Origin: Ylistrum balloti
Lineage: Eukaryota
Reading direction: 5' to 3'
DNA length: 64,000 bases
Assembly (NCBI RefSeq): GCF_031769215.1
Contig: NW_026782022.1
Span: forward strand, 62,001-126,000
The translations under genes were made by a program, and so were the position numbers. Of this stretch, positions 54,735 through 64,000 are shown one piece after another. Position 1 is the first letter of the stretch. The number at the start of each line of letters is the position of its first letter. The notes beneath the pieces are model-generated. The model did no database searches. It was not told the DNA's origin and was given only the letters and a program-made list of their open reading frames with translations.

Positions 54735-57700
54735 TTAAACAATATTACTGTTCTTTTTACGCATCTCTGTCTTCTTTTCATAAAGAACCTCCCACCTTCT
54801 GCTCTTGGCCCGACACAGAAAACAGTAAATATTATGGAAACATCCCTGATCAAAGGGGTTATAATCTTCATCGAGATATTTCAGGTAGGTTATTTTTTCC
54901 CTGGCTGCACATTCCCAGGTGGTCATATTCTTCACCATCAGATAGGAATGGAAGCCCAGTAATCCAATCACTGTGAAGCCCCCGGAGATCAGAACCATGG
55001 TGTCAATAAAGAGTAGGGCATTGTTGTTGAACCAGCCCTCCCAACCATCTGCATGATCAAATGCTTTCCTGCAATATAAATCAGAAATAGAGGTCTTCCT
55101 ATTGTTTCCCAGTATTGTGTTCATCCTTCAGTAAGTTCAGGGGGTTAACATATTGCCTCTTGATCAGAGTAAGGGAATGGCTATTTACAAGATAATGAAA
55201 TAGCATTGGTTTGTATTGTAACAACAATGTATGATGAAACAACATAGAAATTAAAATTCAAAGAATTTAATAATACTGTGGTTCTGCAACGTTGTGTGGT
55301 TAGAGCTTAACCAAACACTCTGCTCTAACTGGAGTGTAGTGAATATCGGATAAAAGATTAGAAGACCTGTGTACATCTTTGTTGTTTCATTTCACAAACC
55401 ATACTTTAAACAACTTAAATTTCAATATATACAGGCTAGTTTATTTACAAGCAAAGGCTTATTGTTGAATAAATTTATCTAATACTCTATATACTTTCCC
55501 AGCATGGCAGAATATGAAGGTGTACCAATATTTTTTCAGGAATGCAGAGCATACAAAGAAATATCAGTATATTAGATGAATGAAATTTGTTTGGAATTCA
55601 ACAGTAAAACAAATGTTTTTATTATTACAGCAATGTCTACAAGAACCAAAGTACTACTGTACCATGCATTTACCATGGCATAATACCAATAGACTGAAAA
55701 CAAAGCTAGGTATCATTTCAAATTGGCTACTTCGTGTAATTTTTCTACTGTTCTCTGGTAAATACTATGTTGTATCATACTACAATGATGTAACTAAACA
55801 ACCTCTTCTTTTAATTTTATCTACACCTAAACAGAAAGAATGTGGAATTTGAGTAATAGCTAGTAATGAAAGTGATATCTTCATATTGTAAAAGTCATCA
55901 GTTTTCTCATCTGTAATAGTATGGGAGGTATGTGTATTAGTTTTTTGCAAACTGGTAACAGTGTAAATACATGAACATGTGTTATAAGTGGTCTTACAAT
56001 ATTATCAGTGTAAAAGGATAGGAGGACTAAAGATCCAATATACTGAAGGGCATGTACACCAGTGTAAGGACACTGATCATAATAAGACAAGTACGGCCTA
56101 CTGACCAGGTGATGATAAACGTCCAGATGATCAGGACTGAGGTGGAGAGAAGAAAGAGCCAGAAGAAACGATGGTTCCTCTCCCCAACACACGTTTCCAG
56201 CCAGGGACAATGGTGGTCATACTTTCTCACACACTTGTTACAATCCTCACAGTGTTTGCTTCTCATTGGTTGCTACAAATACAATCACAACAATCAACAC
56301 AATCAACTCTGGTGCTTTTGGTGTAATAGTAGTATTATTCAGTTAGAAAAATGTATCAGTTCTACCAAATATGAAAACTGGGATTTTGTAAATCCCATAA
56401 GAAAAAGATTCAAAGCTGTTTATTTTCCTTTTGACAAAGTGAAGACAATGAAATTGAAGGTGACTTTTTTTCATTCCTTTTTTTTTTTACCTCAATTTCA
56501 CAATAATCACAGTATCTGTACAGCTTTTCAGTGTCAATCTCTCCTGTAGCTGTCCGTAACATAGGAGTATGATCTTCGGTCTCTGGGTCAACGTCCTCAT
56601 CGCTGTCATCTTTAGGGGGACGTGTCACACCTGATTTCTACAAGTCATCCAGGCAATTATGAAAATAATATTAATCAGAAACATTTTTTTAACCCTGTAT
56701 GTTATAGTAAACCATTTATATACTACCAAACAGCAGAAAGTTAAAGTCAGTATCTTCATATCAATAACTGTACATTGTGTTGATTGCTTTCATAAGTAAA
56801 ACTCTTTCACCTAACGATTTTCATGTACATCAATATACATTTCTAATGTAATTCTAATAATCTAAGATTCTCTTTGATATATATACTTTTATTCATGTTG
56901 CATGTGTCAATTTATCCTTAAAAATTCAAATTGGATTTAGCACTTCAGATTTCAAATCAATTCATGTACAATGCATATCAGGTTTTCACAATAGGTGATC
57001 AGTTCGAATCCCTGCTGTCTTCCAGGCCCCAGTTTCTCAAAGATTAGTTAGAGTAATTGGTTAGTGAAAAAATCAAATTGTTGCAACTGAAAATACAAGA
57101 ATGTTGAAGGCAAAACTAACACTCAGAGTAGATCAATCAGACCTGTCTCAACCAATCTGTCAAGTCATAGATACTGCTCCCGGTTTTGTTTTAATTCATG
57201 TTTGAAAAAAAAATAATCACTATCCATTGTTTATCTCCTACCAGCCTTTGATAACTGGGGCCAGAGTGCCACTCCACTAAATGTTAATGCACAGACACTG
57301 TAGCTTCCACCCAAGACCATTTTGATTAAACCTGTGATATTGAGAGTTTTGTAGGCAGAACACATTCTCAGAAATGTCAAGTTACAATGACCTTGAATTG
57401 AAAACCTTTTGCCATTTACTATGCAATTTCCAAGGAGTTAGATCAAACTTAAGACTTATCAAACTTATTTTCTTTCATCCATACCAACTTTTTGTTTTGA
57501 AATGTATATTATCTGGCACATTATGATAATGTTAAGATCAAGGTTTTTTCAAGCTTCCTTCTTTTTTGATATTTTTCACATTATGTACACATAGAACAAA
57601 ATTCAAATGAACATATAACTTCATCAAAGTCTTCAGCATGTGAGTGCTACTTAGGCATTGAACTGCTTTCAGTTTGTATTCATGGGCCTATGAATGCCAA

Positions 57701-58627
57701 CTGAATGAAGGCAAATTCCATGATGTGCTTTGTTGCTTATATTTACTTATTTCTTATATTATCGGACTTCTGATACTTCTCATCTATTTCTTTATTTTCT
57801 TGTTGTCCTATGGGCAGTTATAAAATAATAACCAACAATTTCTTTACAACAGATATAATGTGACACCGTCAGTAGCTGATAAATATCTAGATACAATGCT
57901 TGAGAAAATGTTTCATAAAATGTTATCTAAGAATTTAGACTTACTTAGACTCCTATCTTCAACATTGCTTTGGAGCTATATAACTAACTGTTGACAAGGA
58001 CTATTATTACCTTGTATATTGTGACAGGAACATATCCTGGGTCCATGAGACAGGCAGTGAAGTACATGATGAGAGAGAACACCAGCAGTACCACATAACT
58101 TATACCATACAGGGGGTCAGCAAACTCCAGCAGTGCATGTTGTAGAGCTGAACAGAAAACACAAGGTCAGAAAGACCAGGTAAGCATAACTATATATCTT
58201 ATACCATATAGTGGGTCAGCAAAATCCCTCCCCAGACTGAATCACTGTATTTTTCAATATTTGGATTACTTATTAGTCTTGAGCATCTACATTACTAGCA
58301 CTTTGAAGGAGGGAAATTCTATTTAATTGAGAAACATTTGATGTTGTTTGTTTCTTTGTAACATACTAAATTGTTATGGCTCTAGATCTTTATCCCATTT
58401 TCATGTGACCTTGATAGGATTTTCATAGGACTGTATCCAGTTATCTAAAGACCTATTATCAAATATATGACAGATAGCAATTTAAAAAAGTGTCATTGAC
58501 ATACAATATATACAGTACTGGTACCTGTTTTCTTGAAAAGCAGAGTTGCAGGTACAGCAAGACAAATCAATGTGTGAAATGTCCTAACAAAAAGACCAAC
58601 TCCACATGAACACTTCCGGCAGGTCAT
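54735..58627 (-). CDS. ZDHHC12: DHHC palmitoyltransferase, ZDHHC12-like, 295 aa, complete
   Basis: FVRTFHTL N-terminus, [62 protein letters not shown]. Exons: 58525-58627, 58011-58147, 56491-56637, 56106-56272, 54735-55068 (888 nt). A possible acceptor AG just upstream of the ATG suggests an upstream non-coding exon. The subfamily call rests on recalled similarity. Confidence 0.88.
57026..57261. mobile_element. MITE, PIF/Harbinger-like, 236 bp, in ZDHHC intron 2
   Basis: TIRs GCCCCAGTTTCTCAAAG / CTTTGATAACTGGGGC; 3-bp TSD CAG at 57023-57025 and 57262-57264. Confidence 0.75.
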
Positions 58628-60797
58628 ATTGATCCCTTTACAACTCCAACTAATCATTCCCTTTGACACTTGGTTCTAAACCAATCCATTGACCCAAGAT
58701 GTATCCATCCGATCACTGTTCAAACAAACAAAAGTTTTCAATCTGTTTTAGTTTATACTGCTTGGACATCAGACAAATGTTTTATTGTGAAACAAAGTGG
58801 TTAAATTACTGTTCTCTAATCTGTACGTGAAAATTTTGTGGCAGTTTTAATACTTTCACCACTTTGCCCATTTTTCAATTGGTTGGGTAAAATAAAAGCC
58901 CTTGATTAATATTTCTCTGTATATTAATAGTAATTTTCCCAGCATAAAAACTTGGATAAACGGTGTGTATATCAAACAGAGATGCATTGTATAACTAACC
59001 ATATACTATCAGAACATCAGGCAAAGTTGAAGGGGATATAACATTAATAAGTGTCTAACACAAAATGTGGTGTTGAAGGACACAGGAAACTAGGTCTACT
59101 ATACTCAGGTGACTGAGATGACTAAGGCATGTTACAGAGTCTCCAGAATTTCTTCATGACAGTAAATCAATGTGTAAAGTGTTAACAGGGATGTTTTGAT
59201 ACGGTATATCATAGAATACGGTATGCATTGTTGTGTATGATTTTGAACAAGGTTGTTATTCCCATGTCTTTTCTTCTGTTTTCAAGATATCGCCAGTTCA
59301 GATGCTGGATCACCTATTCTAGATGTGTTTCACCTTGTGACAAACATGCCTGCTCCAAATTGCATAATTTCCATCTTGTTGGTGTCAAATTTATGTGCGG
59401 GTCCCAAAAAGAGCAAGCATATTATAAATATGGTCTAACAAGAATTCTATAGGCCTCCATTTTTTCTCTATAGGCCTATGTTGAGCTGAACAGTTCGGGA
59501 ACATTATATTCTTTTACATGTCATTTAACACTGGAACTTCAATGCATCCTTCCATAACAGAGTATTTTAGCTCCTCTGAACTTTGTACACATTTGTATAC
59601 CAGTAAGTCATAACATCTGTGTGTTTATTTAAGCAACTAATGTAAAATTCATATTCCCAATAACTAACCAAATCATGTAGGTTATAAACTGTGATTTAAA
59701 AAAAAAAAACCAAAAAACAGCGATTTATGTACGGTATGAGGAAAGAATAAATAAGAAAAATACTTTATGACACAATACACATATATTTTTCTTACAGAGT
59801 ACTTTTACTCACAGGTATTTGTGGACTCAATTTCAATATCACTAAAAAAAACAGCAAACCATACAAAAGCCTTACAAAACTAATGATGTTGTGTTGTTTG
59901 TTATTTTTAAGTGCTATTGAAATTAAGGCCACAAGTACCCGTGTTCTCATTGTTATCCCTTACTTACATTGTTTCACTCCCATGTGTTTGGAGTAACCAT
60001 ATAGATAGGATAGTTTACATGTGTAGTAACAGTTATAATCCTGCAAATATTGCAGGAAGAAGCAAAACAAATGTCATATATCAAGACACCTATAAGATAT
60101 ATCCGACATTGATATTTTGTGTAGAAAAATAACACACATAATCTACAGACTATACTGTATATTCGATTCTGCCTGCCAACTATATCATTTGCCTTCCTTT
60201 GATTGATATGTTGGCCTTATCTGAGAAGAAATTAGAAGTATAAACTATATATATTACCTGATGTAAATAAACATCTGATTTCTTCAATTCAACAACCCTC
60301 TATCTGTGCCAAAATACTGCAGAAGTGCTAAGTCAGAAAACGTAAGAGGTGTTCCGAAAAGAAAAAAACAAGTTAAGGATGCGTCAACTGAAATGAATCA
60401 TGTTATGAAAAACAAATGGTCAGCATAAAAAACTAACAGAATTAAAAAAAATAAAAAACGGATTTCTAAATAATACTCAGATGTTTGTTTTATTAGAAAC
60501 TGAACTCCGAATAAGTCCAAGAACCTTAACCAACTTTTTACTGAAAGATTTTATGCCTGTCAAATCAGCTATACGTTCCAGATTAGTTGTATAAAGAATA
60601 CAAATTGAGGTTACTTATCCTATTAACTTTCATTGTGAAGTTTAATAGATATTTCAAATATGGCCATGTTGTTATGTTATAAAGATTTTTTTTACATGGA
60701 CACGTAGCCTTAACTTATTAATTTAACTTTTATTCGGAATACACTTGTTATCAGAATTGTACTGTCGTGCCCCTTCTGCACCCCTTCGAGTCGCACG

Positions 60798-63181
<2,384 letters not shown>

Positions 63182-63724
63182 GTAAGTTATAAACTAAAAT
63201 CACTTTATCCTGAAATTGCATGTAGCTTCATGGGTTTCTTGGTATAAATGTTACTTATTCCCAAATGTTAATATCAAAGACATCTGTCAAATGTCAAGAT
63301 CCTTGCAATTTATTACTCTAACATCCACTTTGGATGAAAGTTTTGCAATTTTGTCTTTAAATATACTATCTCAAGAATATTTTTTTCTGGTATTCTTAAT
63401 TTTGTTGAAACTGACAATCTATAAGTTTGTGTGAAAATTTCTGATTGGTGAGCATATTTTCATCAGTTTAAAATAGTTATTGTCTTAAAATGTATATCTT
63501 AATTGAAAAAAAAAATGTATAATCATTTTGGCAGGTCTCATGCTGTGTATGTATTGTGGATTACAGGTGTAAACTGTCTTTATGAATGTGTGAGAAGTAA
63601 TTCTCCATCTGTTTTAGTAGTCATTCCAAATCCTACAACATGCTACATGTAGTATAAACTCATGTCCTCCTTATCAGCTGAAGACATTATTATGACAGTC
63701 AGAGTTGCTAAATTAATAGCGGGT

Positions 63725-64000
63725 CTCTGGACTGAACCTTCAAGTCTTTGCTTCACCTGGCGCAATATAAATTTGACTAATCCTATATATCTTGGGTTCA
63801 TCTTGCCCACTATAAATCTGATTTACCCTCTAATGTCTGTTCTTTGCCTCACCCACTATATATCTAACTGACCCTTCAGGTCTTGGCTTTACCTGGCCCA
63901 ATATAAATTTTAATAACCCTGTATGTCTTGGGTTCATCTCGCCCACTATAAACTTGACTGACCCTCTATGTCTCTGGTTCATCTCACCCACTATGCATCT
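63725..64000. repeat. Degenerate tandem repeat (~136-bp period built from shorter subunits) in a PHYHD1 intron, truncated by the window edge
   Basis: TCTTGGGTTCATCT recurs at 63790 and 63926, and GCCCACTATA-like submotifs recur. Confidence 0.7.

Overview
AT-rich animal (eukaryotic) genomic DNA; gene content and repeat types suggest a bivalve mollusc (inference). Six genes were reconstructed by hand from splice sites and reading phase. UNC80 (- strand, 20 exons, runs off the left edge) is head-to-head with syntaxin-6 (+, 8 exons, complete). These are followed by intronless MPEG1/perforin-2 (-), ACADM (+, 13 exons, complete), a ZDHHC12-like palmitoyltransferase (-, 5 coding exons, complete), and head-to-head with it PHYHD1 (+, first 4 exons, runs off the right edge). 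Most short ORFs in the track are antisense shadows or translated minisatellites. The most notable non-coding signals are: (1) a type I hammerhead-ribozyme core closed by a 44-bp stem, inserted antisense in a STX6 intron minisatellite; (2) two intronic minisatellites whose unit is the exon/intron junction itself, so the 5' splice site is amplified tens of times; (3) a U12 AT-AC intron in STX6; (4) an antisense solo LTR with heat-shock elements upstream of its TATA box in ACADM; (5) a tRNA-derived element with split direct repeats inside a (TA)n tract; (6) a Harbinger-like MITE and two SINE copies. No CRISPR, rRNA or intact tRNA gene was found. All homology calls come from recalled protein motifs; no database search was run.
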